NCBI GenBank assembly: GCA_948466315.1
Contig: CAOJZZ010000003.1
Location: 1-62,896 of the forward strand
Origin: an uncultured Mycoplasmatota bacterium
GTDB lineage: Bacteria > Bacillota_I > Bacilli_A > RF39 > UBA660
Reading direction: 5' to 3'
Length of the DNA stretch: 62,896 bases
Both the position numbers and the translations under genes were made by a program. The notes beneath the pieces are model-generated. The model was not told the origin of the DNA, made no database searches, and saw only the letters and a list, made by a program, of their open reading frames with translations. Shown here in pieces: positions 1 through 8,906 of this stretch (its first letter is position 1; each line of letters opens with the position of its first letter).

Positions 1-514
1 AATAATTGGTCATATTACCTGTACTTAAATTATTAATAGTATTAACTAATCCATCTTTATCACTAGTTAATCCTGATACCAAAGTAGATTTAGTCTCAAA
101 AGTAATTAAAGCTGCCCTATTCTGACTATTCTCTAATAAACTGTTAACTAACTCAATAGTATCATTCTTTACTCTATTTAATTTATCTCCATTCATTGAA
201 CCAGATACATCTAAGACTAAAATTACATCCGTTGCTTCATTATTAGTCTTCATAACTGTGTCTACATCAAAAGTTATCTCTGCTTCTCCCTTCTTCTTCC
301 ATACAGCACTCTTCTTAACTTGCCAAGAACCAGCCTCTTTTGTTTCATAATTAGTATGTTCTGACGTAATAGTAATACTTTTTATTGGAGTAAGTGAAGC
401 AAAAGAAAAAGGAATAAACAAAATCAAAGCCACCATAAATATAAAACCAATAGACATTATTATTCTTTTATATTTACTCTGCTTCCTTAAATACTTAACA
501 ACTCTATCCTTCAT
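1..514 (-). CDS. Secreted/membrane-anchored von Willebrand factor A domain protein (3' end runs off the window)
   Basis: Manual translation from ATG at 514 (RBS GGAGG upstream): basic N-terminus, hydrophobic segment, then DVILVLDVSGSM (MIDAS DxSxS) and RAALITF. Missing from the ORF track because it is truncated. Confidence 0.85.
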   Translation of the reverse strand, partial: MKDRVVKYLRKQSKYKRIIMSIGFIFMVALILFIPFSFASLTPIKSITITSEHTNYETKEAGSWQVKKSAVWKKKGEAEITFDVDTVMKTNNEATDVILVLDVSGSMNGDKLNRVKNDTIELVNSLLENSQNRAALITFETKSTLVSGLTSDKDGLVNTINNLSTGNMTNY

Positions 515-730
515 CTTACTACTACTCCCTCCATATAAAAAACTAAACTTATTACAATCAATAATCAACAAGTACTATTTATAAATTACAATTATATAAA
601 CTTAAAAATACTTTATGATGAATTAATAATTAATCATTCCATTATTTACCATTAATCAAAATAATCATAATATAATATTGGTCAACTTAGCAATAAAAAA
701 TTTATATTTATAATAGCTATTTATTTAAAA

Positions 731-1159
731 CTAACTATTTTCACTATCAATCAAATATTCATCTAATAAATCATTCAATCTCTCATAACTCTCAGGATAA
801 TATTCAATAACTTTTTTTACTTTTTCAAGCAATTCTTGACCCATAGTCTCTTTCTGATAACCCCTAGTAGCCAAAGAAACATAAGAACGATAACTATCTT
901 TATTTTCAAAAGAAAACAAAATCTCCTTATCATTATCAATGATTACATAACCAATATCCAATTTATTCAAACGCGATAAAACCATAACATAAGAAGACTC
1001 ACTAAAAAAAACAGAATCATTAATACACTTATAATCAAATAAATACCACATTACTTTAGCATCTTCATAAAAAGTTCTATAAAAAATATCATCTTTAATA
1101 AATACTATAGTATCTGAATATTTTTTCTTATAAAACGCATACTTATCAATTATTTCCAT
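731..1159 (-). CDS. Stand-alone MutS domain I-like protein
   Basis: KYAFYKKKYSDTIVFIKDDIFYRTFYEDAKVM resembles the MutS N-terminal mismatch-binding motif (YxxxKxxYPDxxxxFxxGDFYExFxxDA); no ATPase domain. Confidence 0.6.
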   Translation of the reverse strand: MEIIDKYAFYKKKYSDTIVFIKDDIFYRTFYEDAKVMWYLFDYKCINDSVFFSESSYVMVLSRLNKLDIGYVIIDNDKEILFSFENKDSYRSYVSLATRGYQKETMGQELLEKVKKVIEYYPESYERLNDLLDEYLIDSENS

Positions 1160-1372
1160 TCTAAATCAACACCTTTTGATACTCTAATAAAATTATATAT
1201 ATTTAACATATCATAATTACACAAATAATCAAACACTTTTATTTAACAACAAAGTAAATTTAAAAATAATTTATCAATAATCAAAATTAATAAAACAAAA
1301 ATACTACCCAAAAATAAAAAGATTGCTAATGCCTCCAAAATAATTAACAATCTTTCTTATTATAATTTTTAA

Positions 1373-1924
1373 TTATACAAATAAATAACTAGGTTTTTCA
1401 TAATCATTAGAACAAGTCTTTTCTTCTACGTATTTAGAAACTAAAACTATTCTTTGTTCAGATAAACTTTTTTGTACATCAATAATTCTTTGATTTTTAG
1501 AGCCTTTAAAGTAAAGATCATAACTCTTCTCTTGTAAAACAAATTTTCCATCAACTAAAACATCTATTTCCTTAAGAAGATTATAATGTTTAGGATTACG
1601 AAGCATCGCTTCATACGTATATCCTGTATAACACCATACATTAAGTCCCATCTCATGAGCTGCCTTACAAATAGGTAAACAAGCCTCACTCTGACATACC
1701 GGATCTCCACCTGATAATGTAATTCCATCCTGATTTTTTAATGCTTTTAATTCTTCTATAACATCATCAACAGAAACTAATTCTCCACCATCAAAATCAT
1801 GTGTACCTGGATTATGACAACCTAAACAATTATGAGGACATCCTTGTGTCCAAATAACAGTACGGATACCCTCTCCATCAACAATAGAATCAGATTGTAA
1901 ATCTGCAGCTAAACGGATTTTCAT
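1373..1924 (-). CDS. nrdG: Anaerobic ribonucleotide reductase activating enzyme (radical SAM)
   Basis: DSIVDGEGIRTVIWTQGCPHNCLGCHNP (CxxxCxxC), TLSGGDP, KGSKNQR; downstream of nrdD. Confidence 0.96.
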   Translation of the reverse strand: MKIRLAADLQSDSIVDGEGIRTVIWTQGCPHNCLGCHNPGTHDFDGGELVSVDDVIEELKALKNQDGITLSGGDPVCQSEACLPICKAAHEMGLNVWCYTGYTYEAMLRNPKHYNLLKEIDVLVDGKFVLQEKSYDLYFKGSKNQRIIDVQKSLSEQRIVLVSKYVEEKTCSNDYEKPSYLFV

Positions 1925-1925
1925 A

Positions 1926-2096
1926 CTAAGCAGCTTCTTCTTCTGATTTTAAAAGTTCTTTAACACCACTATGTTTAACACGATCTCTCTCCTCTGCTCT
2001 TTTACCATTGTTAAAACGAGATACATCACCAGCTAAATAACCAGTAACTCTTCTTATTCTTTCAAAACCTCTTCCTTCTCCTACAATTTTTTCCAT
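1926..2096 (-). CDS. 56-aa separately encoded glycyl-radical segment of class III RNR (MEKIVGEGRGFERIRRVTGYLAGDVSRFNNGKRAEERDRVKHSGVKELLKSEEEAA)
   Basis: Manual translation. AGGAGG RBS upstream of the ATG; RVTGYL radical motif and RFNNGKRAEERDRVKH NrdD C-terminal signature. Not in the ORF track. Confidence 0.92.
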   Translation of the reverse strand: MEKIVGEGRGFERIRRVTGYLAGDVSRFNNGKRAEERDRVKHSGVKELLKSEEEAA

Positions 2097-2135
2097 AATA
2101 TTATTCCTCCTTATTTCTTTATCTTTTATCTATAA

Positions 2136-4451
2136 TTATCTGCCACAGCACTCTGGAGCAGTAATTTGTTCAATAGGAACCCCCTCAAACTCATGTCGTC
2201 CACAACCAGGACAAACATCATTAATAACTCCTACATAACCACAAACTGGATCTCGATCAACAGGATGATTAACAGCACCATATCCCATTCCAGATTCCTT
2301 CATAATACGAACTATTTTCTCAAATGCATCTACATTAGAAGCAACATCACCATCTACTTCAATATAAGAAATATGTCCACCATTAGTAATGGTATGATAT
2401 GGAGCTTCTAATTCTACCTTCTTAGTAATACTAATATGATAATGAACTGGAACATGGAAAGAATTTGTATAATATTCTCTATCTGTTACTCCTTTAATTT
2501 TTCCATAAATTGCTCGATCCATACTTGTAAATCTACCTGCCAAACCTTCAGCTGGAGTAGCTAAACAAGGGAAATTCAATCTATATTTCTGAGTATACTC
2601 ATCACATTTCTTTCTCATAAAACCAATGATTTCTAATCCTAGCTTTTGACACTCTTCACTTTCTCCATGATGTTTACCTGTTAGAGCTTTCAAACATTCT
2701 GCAAGACCAATAAACCCAATAGACAAAGTACCATGTTTCCATACCTTTCTTAAACGATCAGTTGGTTTTAACTTTTCGCCATTTGTCCAAACCCCTTGAC
2801 CTAACAAGAATGGAAAGTTATAGCACCTCTTATTACATTGAACTTCAAATCTTTCTAATAACTGATCCCTAACTTTATCCATAATTTCCTCAAGTTCAGC
2901 ATAAAAAGCTTTCATATCTGCTTTATCTCTTTCCTTAAGAGCAATACCATGTTTAATTCCCAATCTAGGCAAATTAATAGTTGTCCAAGAAAGATTACCA
3001 CGACCAGTAACAGCCTCATGATCTGGTGAAGTAATATCTGCCATAACTCTAGTACGACATCCCATGTAAGCCACTTCTCTATCTGGATTACGTTCCTCAT
3101 AATAAGGAAGATTAATAGGAGCATCTAAAAATGAGAAATTAGGGAAAAGTCTCTTAGCAGATACCTGACAAGCTAATCTAAATAAATCATAATTAGGATC
3201 TTCTTTATTATAATTAACCCCTTCTTTTATTTTAAAAATAGACACTGGAAATATTGGTGTTTCACCTTTTCCTAATCCCCTGTCAACTGAATATAAGAAA
3301 TTTTTAATAACCATTCGCCCTTCTGGAGAAGTATCAGTTCCAAAATTAACAGAAGAAAAAGGAACTTGAGCTCCTGCTCTAGAATGCATAGTATTCAAAT
3401 TATGAATAAAAGCTTCCATAGCCTGTTGTGTAGCTCGATCAGTTTTTTGCATTGCCTTATCATATCCTAAAGAAAATATCTCTCTTATTCTAGAAGAACC
3501 TTTTTGATAATCTGTCAAATTAGAAAGTTCAAAAGCTATACTATCTAACTTATCAATTTCTCTAATTATCCTATCTATATTAATAATTTGCAAAAAGCCT
3601 TCTAAATCTAAGAAATCATAAAGTGTCTGTTTAAACTGTCTTTTAAAAGTTTTCAATACTCCTGGAGCCAAATAATAATCAAGTGCTGGTATAGCCTGAC
3701 CACCATGTTGATCATTTTGATTAGCTTGAATAACAATAGCCGCAAGTGAAGCATAAGTACTAATATCTTGAGGTGTTCTTACAAAACCATGCCCTGTATC
3801 AAACCCATTCTTAAACAATTTAGATAAATCAATCTGACAACAAGTAGTAGTTCCCATTGCCAAGAAATCCATATCATGAATATGAATAATTCCATCATCA
3901 TGCATACTAGCATACTCATGCTTCATTAAATAAGACTTAGCAAACTCTTTTGAAACAGTAGCACCATATTGTAACATTGTTCCCATTGAACTATTACCAT
4001 CAATATTAGCATTTTCTCTTTTTGCATCCTCTTCATTTGCTGACTTTAAACCCAAATTTTCAAGAGACTTTAAAAACTTATGAGTCTTTTTATCATCAAA
4101 GAAAGACTTTCTCGATTGATTCCTTCTTTCTCTATATTCTGAAAATGATGCATATACATCACTATAACCCTTTTTAGAAAGTTCATCTTCAATAAAATCT
4201 TGAATATCATCTATTTTAAACTTATCAACATCTACAGATTCCTTCTCAATTCTCTTTAATACTGCTTGATAAACTTTTTGTACATCTTTTGTAGTATATT
4301 TACGCATCTTTTCATCTTCATCAATATCTACCTCAACACTATCAAACCCCTTCTTTATAGCTAAAGCCACTTTAGTTTCATCAAAAGCAACCTTTTTTCC
4401 ATTTCTTTTAACAACTATCAAATTATCTAATTTATCACTTACTTCTACCAT
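2136..4451 (-). CDS. nrdD: Anaerobic ribonucleoside-triphosphate reductase large chain lacking the C-terminal glycyl-radical loop
   Basis: ATP cone (VVKRNGKKVAFD), IHIHDMDF, TTTCCQID, MGCRT, GRGNLS, YYTNSFHVPV, DRDPVCG..CPGCG. Start moved to ATG 4451 on the basis of a GGAGG RBS. Confidence 0.95.
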   Translation of the reverse strand: MVEVSDKLDNLIVVKRNGKKVAFDETKVALAIKKGFDSVEVDIDEDEKMRKYTTKDVQKVYQAVLKRIEKESVDVDKFKIDDIQDFIEDELSKKGYSDVYASFSEYRERRNQSRKSFFDDKKTHKFLKSLENLGLKSANEEDAKRENANIDGNSSMGTMLQYGATVSKEFAKSYLMKHEYASMHDDGIIHIHDMDFLAMGTTTCCQIDLSKLFKNGFDTGHGFVRTPQDISTYASLAAIVIQANQNDQHGGQAIPALDYYLAPGVLKTFKRQFKQTLYDFLDLEGFLQIINIDRIIREIDKLDSIAFELSNLTDYQKGSSRIREIFSLGYDKAMQKTDRATQQAMEAFIHNLNTMHSRAGAQVPFSSVNFGTDTSPEGRMVIKNFLYSVDRGLGKGETPIFPVSIFKIKEGVNYNKEDPNYDLFRLACQVSAKRLFPNFSFLDAPINLPYYEERNPDREVAYMGCRTRVMADITSPDHEAVTGRGNLSWTTINLPRLGIKHGIALKERDKADMKAFYAELEEIMDKVRDQLLERFEVQCNKRCYNFPFLLGQGVWTNGEKLKPTDRLRKVWKHGTLSIGFIGLAECLKALTGKHHGESEECQKLGLEIIGFMRKKCDEYTQKYRLNFPCLATPAEGLAGRFTSMDRAIYGKIKGVTDREYYTNSFHVPVHYHISITKKVELEAPYHTITNGGHISYIEVDGDVASNVDAFEKIVRIMKESGMGYGAVNHPVDRDPVCGYVGVINDVCPGCGRHEFEGVPIEQITAPECCGR

Positions 4452-4899
4452 CCGTTTACCTCCACTTTCTAAATCCATTTTAAGATGAAATATTTCAAAA
4501 ATCAATACTACTAAAGTGGTTTTTTTTGGCAATAATTTCAACTCCATTGATACACAAAGAAATACTAAAAAAATTTTTTTGTTCGATTTACGACAATTTA
4601 CATTTTTTAACAAAATAGCAAAATGATTTTTTTAATTTTTTATTTTTTAACACAACAAAATATATAAAAAACATTATATATCAACAAACTAATAAAATTT
4701 AAATATCAAAAAATCGTTTTTTTATAAAAAACCATTTCTATCATTTTTTTATTTTTTATCAATAATATATTACTTACATTAATCAAATAATATAACATTT
4801 TTAATAAACTATTTTAAACCTATAATACGACATCAAAAAACATTACTAATTACAATAAACAGAATAAACCATAACAAAATAAAACATAAGCATTACAAC

Positions 4900-5403
4900 C
4901 TAAAAAGTTCCCAAGGTATGATCATAATCAAAAATATAAAATATTTCTTGTTTTTTAGCTAAACTTTTTTTAACATCAATAATACAATGACTACTACCAC
5001 CTACATAATTTGACACAAAAGAAGAATTAAAACTAAAATCACCACCAATTAACACATCTAAAGAATCTAAAATAACACTAAATTTATTATTAATACTATA
5101 ATACTTAATAAGTTCTTCCCAATTATATTTTGTATAACACCAAATAGTTTTACTAGGAAATTTTTCTTTTACTTCTAAAAACAACTCAGCTACATAATTA
5201 CTATTTTCTAAAGAAAAAGGCTCTCCTCCTACTAAAGTTAATCCACTACATAAATCATTTTTTAGCAATGAAAACAACTCTTTTCTAACAGAATCATCAA
5301 ATAAAAAATCATTAACATAACTTTTCAAATCACTTAACCAAAGAACCACTCTAAGTCCATCACCATTAATCATATACTTCATATTTATACTACAATACTT
5401 CAT
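4900..5403 (-). CDS. Degenerate NrdG paralogue lacking the CxxxCxxC radical-SAM motif
   Basis: NGDGLRVVLWLS, GLTLVGGEPF, KTIWCYTKY, LDVLIGG and IIDVKKSL align with NrdG, but the Cys triad region is missing. Confidence 0.8.
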   Translation of the reverse strand: MKYCSINMKYMINGDGLRVVLWLSDLKSYVNDFLFDDSVRKELFSLLKNDLCSGLTLVGGEPFSLENSNYVAELFLEVKEKFPSKTIWCYTKYNWEELIKYYSINNKFSVILDSLDVLIGGDFSFNSSFVSNYVGGSSHCIIDVKKSLAKKQEIFYIFDYDHTLGTF

Positions 5404-5494
5404 AATTTCACCACCACTTAAAATTATAATATCTAAAAATCAAACCTATTTTTAAATACATTAAAAATATTCTATATGAAATGCCAAAAAATCA

Positions 5495-5532
5495 GTGTTG
5501 CATTTGCAACACAAATTAAAAGTTGCTATAAT
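5495..5532 (+). promoter_or_regulatory. Palindromic Crp-family-like operator GTGTTGCA-TT-TGCAACAC (5495-5512) overlapping a sigA-type promoter TTGCAA-17-TATAAT (5504-5532)
   Basis: Perfect 8-bp arms with TGTTG-N6-CAACA geometry; the promoter lies 22 bp before the Crp/Fnr start codon. Confidence 0.65.
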
Positions 5533-5554
5533 TTAATAATAAAGGAGTTAAAAA

Positions 5555-6181
5555 ATGACAAACATCATAAAAAAAGAAGAGCTTATTCTCTTCAAAAAAA
5601 ATCTATCAAAATGTAAAAATATCAAACAAGATACCTTTTATAATAAAGAATTAATTCTAAACTACACTAACAGTACAAAACAAATAGGCTTTATAATATA
5701 TGGTAAAGCAAATATCATAAAAACTGATATAAATGGTAATACAACAATCATTCGCGAACTAAAAGAAAATGATGTTTTTTCTAATTTATTTTTCCAAGGA
5801 TCAGAAGATGAAGTTTTTATAATCAGTAATATAATAACAAAGGTAAGTTTCATTGATTATAATTCAATACTAAAAAACTGCAAAAAAGAGTGTTCTTTTC
5901 ACAACAATTTAGTACTTACATTATTTAATCTATTAATAGAAGATAACCATCAACAAAATGAAAAAATAACTCTTCTTTCAAAAAGAACTGTTCGCGAAAA
6001 AATAACTATTTTCTTAAACAAACGAAAAAATAAGGAAAATATCTTCAAAGTAACCACATCTTACAAAGCAATAGCCGAATACATTGCTGTAGATAGAAGT
6101 AATTTTATGCGTGAACTAAAAAAGATGGAACAAGATGGCTTAATAGAAAAAAACAAAGAAACAATAAAAATTTTAAAATAA
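5555..6181 (+). CDS. Crp/Fnr family transcriptional regulator
   Basis: cNMP-binding-like N-domain, CxxxCxFH segment, LSKRTVREKI and a C-terminal HTH (IAEYIAVDRSNFMRELKKM). Confidence 0.9.
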   Translation: MTNIIKKEELILFKKNLSKCKNIKQDTFYNKELILNYTNSTKQIGFIIYGKANIIKTDINGNTTIIRELKENDVFSNLFFQGSEDEVFIISNIITKVSFIDYNSILKNCKKECSFHNNLVLTLFNLLIEDNHQQNEKITLLSKRTVREKITIFLNKRKNKENIFKVTTSYKAIAEYIAVDRSNFMRELKKMEQDGLIEKNKETIKILK

Positions 6182-6185
6182 TCTC

Positions 6186-7607
6186 TTATTTCCTTTTATA
6201 AAAAACAACATCTAAAGATCGATAAACCTCTTCGTAAGATGAACTATATTTCAAATAAGTATAAATAGAATAATTTTTAGAAACTAAAAAGTAATCGAAA
6301 TCATATTTATTAATCAATTTAATATAATCTTTATCTAATCTTGAAATATTATAAGCATCCTCCAAATTATACTTAGAATAAAAATCAGCCCGCCCATCTA
6401 CAAAAACATCTATTCCATTATAAATTAATTCTCCACCATAATTATACAGATTATATAATCTTTTAGGATTTTCACGTTTTATAACAGAAATCATTTTTTT
6501 ACTAATCATTTCTTTTTCTAAATTTTTAACTATATTCTCTCTATTAAGTAAAAATACAGAGAAAAAAATCACTCCTAATAAACACACTAACATACAACTA
6601 CCTTTATCTGTTTTATAAGGTGAAATATAATTAAAAACAACATAGTTCATAGCAATATACATATAAGACCAAAAACGAATACTTTTAAGACCCAAAAAGC
6701 AAACTACTAAAAATAACATAAAATCCACTAATTGAATTCGTCTCTTACTAAATAAAAAAATACCAATTATAATAAGTAACAACAAAAAATATGGATAATG
6801 ACTAAACTCACTAAGTACTGTTGGTTGCCATTCAGAAATATTAGAAATCATTAAATCATCTAACATATTTGTATAAGGATATATAAGCATTTTTACACCA
6901 TGAGGATTTAAACAAATACAAAAAATACAGGCAAGAGCTATCAGACCATATTTAAGAAATTGACACTTTTTTATCCTTCTAGCCTCAATTTTACTAAAAC
7001 TAAATTGAAATAATCCTACTACCATAAACAACAAACAAAATAAATAACTTAAATTACTAGATCCTCCATGAAAATTAGTCCACAATAAAGCTATTAATGG
7101 TAAAAAATATATTTTCTTGGATTCTTCATGTAAATATAAATCATATCCAAAATAAATTGTACAAGCAAGAAAAATAAAACTAATCATATGAGGTCTAGCC
7201 TGAATAAACACAAAAAATATTAAGCCTAAAGCAATCCAAAATAAAGAAAAAGGTATATTCTTTAAATAATTCTTTTTATTACTAAAAAACAATAAACAAA
7301 ACAAACTAAAAATAGTCAAAAAAGCATAAACTATTACATGATAATTACCAAAAATAACCTTAAATTTATAAATCAAAACTTCAAATAACCATTCATGAGA
7401 CATCCAAGCTTTATTAGAAAGATACCAAGAAAAAATATCCTCTTTTAAAATAGTTCGATTAGAAACCATATATTTCCCCGCTGTTATGTGCCAAAAATAA
7501 TCACTTTCTTTAATGAAAAAAGACATCATAAAAAAAGAAAAACCTATCAATAATAATAAAAACGATAAAGAAAGCCTATGATTTTTTATAAATTTCTTAA
7601 TTTTCAT
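6186..7607 (-). CDS. Polytopic membrane protein, possible GT-C fold glycosyltransferase
   Basis: Many TM segments; DYFWHITAG, HEWL, RP, LWTNFHGG, NPHG, ISEWQP and FVDGRAD motifs. Confidence 0.5.
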   Translation of the reverse strand: MKIKKFIKNHRLSLSFLLLLIGFSFFMMSFFIKESDYFWHITAGKYMVSNRTILKEDIFSWYLSNKAWMSHEWLFEVLIYKFKVIFGNYHVIVYAFLTIFSLFCLLFFSNKKNYLKNIPFSLFWIALGLIFFVFIQARPHMISFIFLACTIYFGYDLYLHEESKKIYFLPLIALLWTNFHGGSSNLSYLFCLLFMVVGLFQFSFSKIEARRIKKCQFLKYGLIALACIFCICLNPHGVKMLIYPYTNMLDDLMISNISEWQPTVLSEFSHYPYFLLLLIIIGIFLFSKRRIQLVDFMLFLVVCFLGLKSIRFWSYMYIAMNYVVFNYISPYKTDKGSCMLVCLLGVIFFSVFLLNRENIVKNLEKEMISKKMISVIKRENPKRLYNLYNYGGELIYNGIDVFVDGRADFYSKYNLEDAYNISRLDKDYIKLINKYDFDYFLVSKNYSIYTYLKYSSSYEEVYRSLDVVFYKRK

Positions 7608-8343
7608 AAGATAATCCTTTCTGATACAACTTTTCTTTTATCTTTCGTTCTAACTCTGCCCCTTCATACCTTCTTTCCAATCTTTTCCGTAATTTCTCAT
7701 ACTCTAAAGAAGCAATCAAAGAACAGTCTGGAATATCTACATCCAAAAAAACTTCTTCTACCAACAAAGAATCATACCCCAATTTAACTAAATCATTTGT
7801 AATTTTTTTCTTTAACACAGCTCCCCCTAACTTCCGATTACATTTAAGAGATTTTTGAATAACTTTATCTATCCTTTCTCTCTGTAACTCTTGATCATAT
7901 GACTGTATTTCTTCTTTTATAATAGCCCTATCAACATGATGCCTCTCAAGTTCTCTCTCTATTTTTTTAGGTCCTTTCATAGTAGTTACAATCTGATTAT
8001 TAATATAGCTTCTAGCAAACAAAGAATCATTTAGATACCCTTGACTAACTAACTTCAAAATTACTTTATCAATAAGTTCTTCTTCAAACATCTTTTTTAA
8101 TAACAATTCCTTAATATCATAAGAACTTTTAAATCTACTTTTCAAACTACTCAAAGAAGCATAATAAACATCCCACTCTTTATTATCAGAGGCAATCAAA
8201 GACATATCACATTCATTGATATAACCTCTTAACAATAACTCATATTTTAAAATAACTTCCTCATATAAAAATAATTCCTGACCATTTGCAAGTTCTAATT
8301 TATACTGCCCTTTCCTACCCTTTTTATACTTCATAATCTTCAT
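7597..8343 (-). CDS. recX: Regulatory protein RecX
   Basis: YELLLRG, GYLNDSLFARSY, GPKKIERELE, KLYQKG repeats typical of long Firmicute RecX. Confidence 0.85.
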   Translation of the reverse strand: MKIMKYKKGRKGQYKLELANGQELFLYEEVILKYELLLRGYINECDMSLIASDNKEWDVYYASLSSLKSRFKSSYDIKELLLKKMFEEELIDKVILKLVSQGYLNDSLFARSYINNQIVTTMKGPKKIERELERHHVDRAIIKEEIQSYDQELQRERIDKVIQKSLKCNRKLGGAVLKKKITNDLVKLGYDSLLVEEVFLDVDIPDCSLIASLEYEKLRKRLERRYEGAELERKIKEKLYQKGLSYEN

Positions 8344-8401
8344 ACGATCACCTACTTATACATTAAGTATAACAAAAAAAAATATAAAAAAAAAGAAACT
8401 A

Positions 8402-8608
8402 TTAAGCCTCATTTTTCTCAACTTTAATTAACCCCTCTGAAACTTCTTCAAGAGCCCTTCCTATATTTTTTTGGCTCTTATACGAGGCATCAGGCATTTG
8501 TAAATATCCATCTTTAGCAATCTCTTTACTTCTTCTAGCTGAAATATGAACCAACTCATATTTAGAATCAACTATATTAAGCAATTTATCAATAGAAGGA
8601 TAAATCAT
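8402..8608 (-). CDS. rpoZ: RNA polymerase omega subunit
   Basis: MIYPSIDKLLNIVDSKYELVHISARRSKEI...ALEEV. Confidence 0.93.
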   Translation of the reverse strand: MIYPSIDKLLNIVDSKYELVHISARRSKEIAKDGYLQMPDASYKSQKNIGRALEEVSEGLIKVEKNEA

Positions 8609-8691
8609 TCATATCACACTCCCCACTATTAGAATAAAACACGATTCTATATTAATCAATGTATTATACAAAATTATACACATTTATTTAC

Positions 8692-8728
8692 AAAATAAAA
8701 ATACTTACTCATAAAAGTAAATATTTTT
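8692..8728 (-). terminator. Probable intrinsic terminator after the cotD-like 3' half
   Basis: AAAATATTTAC/GTAAGTATTTT stem followed by a U-rich tract on the minus strand; AT-rich, so weak. Confidence 0.45.
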
Positions 8729-8749
8729 ACTGACTATTAGTCAAGAAAA

Positions 8750-8881
8750 TTATCTAAATTGGCAACAAGAACCACATTGAACATTACTTACAGTATTTTC
8801 CTCAGAACAAGAATATTCAGGTCTATATGTATGTTTATAAATATGATGATTAATTATTCTTGTATGAATAGGACAAACATG
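8750..8881 (-). CDS. cotD: 3' half of interrupted CotD-like spore coat gene (HVCPIHTRIINHHIYKHTYRPEYSCSEENTVSNVQCGSCCQFR*)
   Basis: No start codon or RBS of its own; His/Cys-rich; continues the 17868-18074 ORF in frame when joined at CA; resembles B. subtilis CotD (VPHIHPQHTTNVNHQHFQHVHYFP). Confidence 0.85.
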   Translation of the reverse strand, partial: HVCPIHTRIINHHIYKHTYRPEYSCSEENTVSNVQCGSCCQFR

Positions 8882-8904
8882 TGTGTGCCCTTTTTTGATA
8901 GACT
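8857..8904 (-). repeat. attR-like junction (element arm AGTCTATCAAAAAAGGGCACACA, core CA at 8880-8881, cotD 3' arm)
   Basis: The 19-bp sequence tgcccttttttgatagact (8886-8904) recurs at 13739-13757; it starts 2 bp past the recombinase stop codon. Confidence 0.85.
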
Positions 8905-8906
8905 TT

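Noticed and set aside
2094-2138. nrdD split as a sequencing error or readthrough
   Set aside because: Two in-frame stops, a 42-nt spacer that does not resemble NrdD and a dedicated AGGAGG RBS are not explained by a single error.
4452-4613. 54-aa N-terminal extension of NrdD in the ORF track
   Set aside because: No RBS at 4613; a strong GGAGG precedes ATG 4451, where the ATP cone begins.
4452-4900. NrdR boxes upstream of nrdD
   Set aside because: Only partial matches with wrong spacing in very AT-rich DNA.
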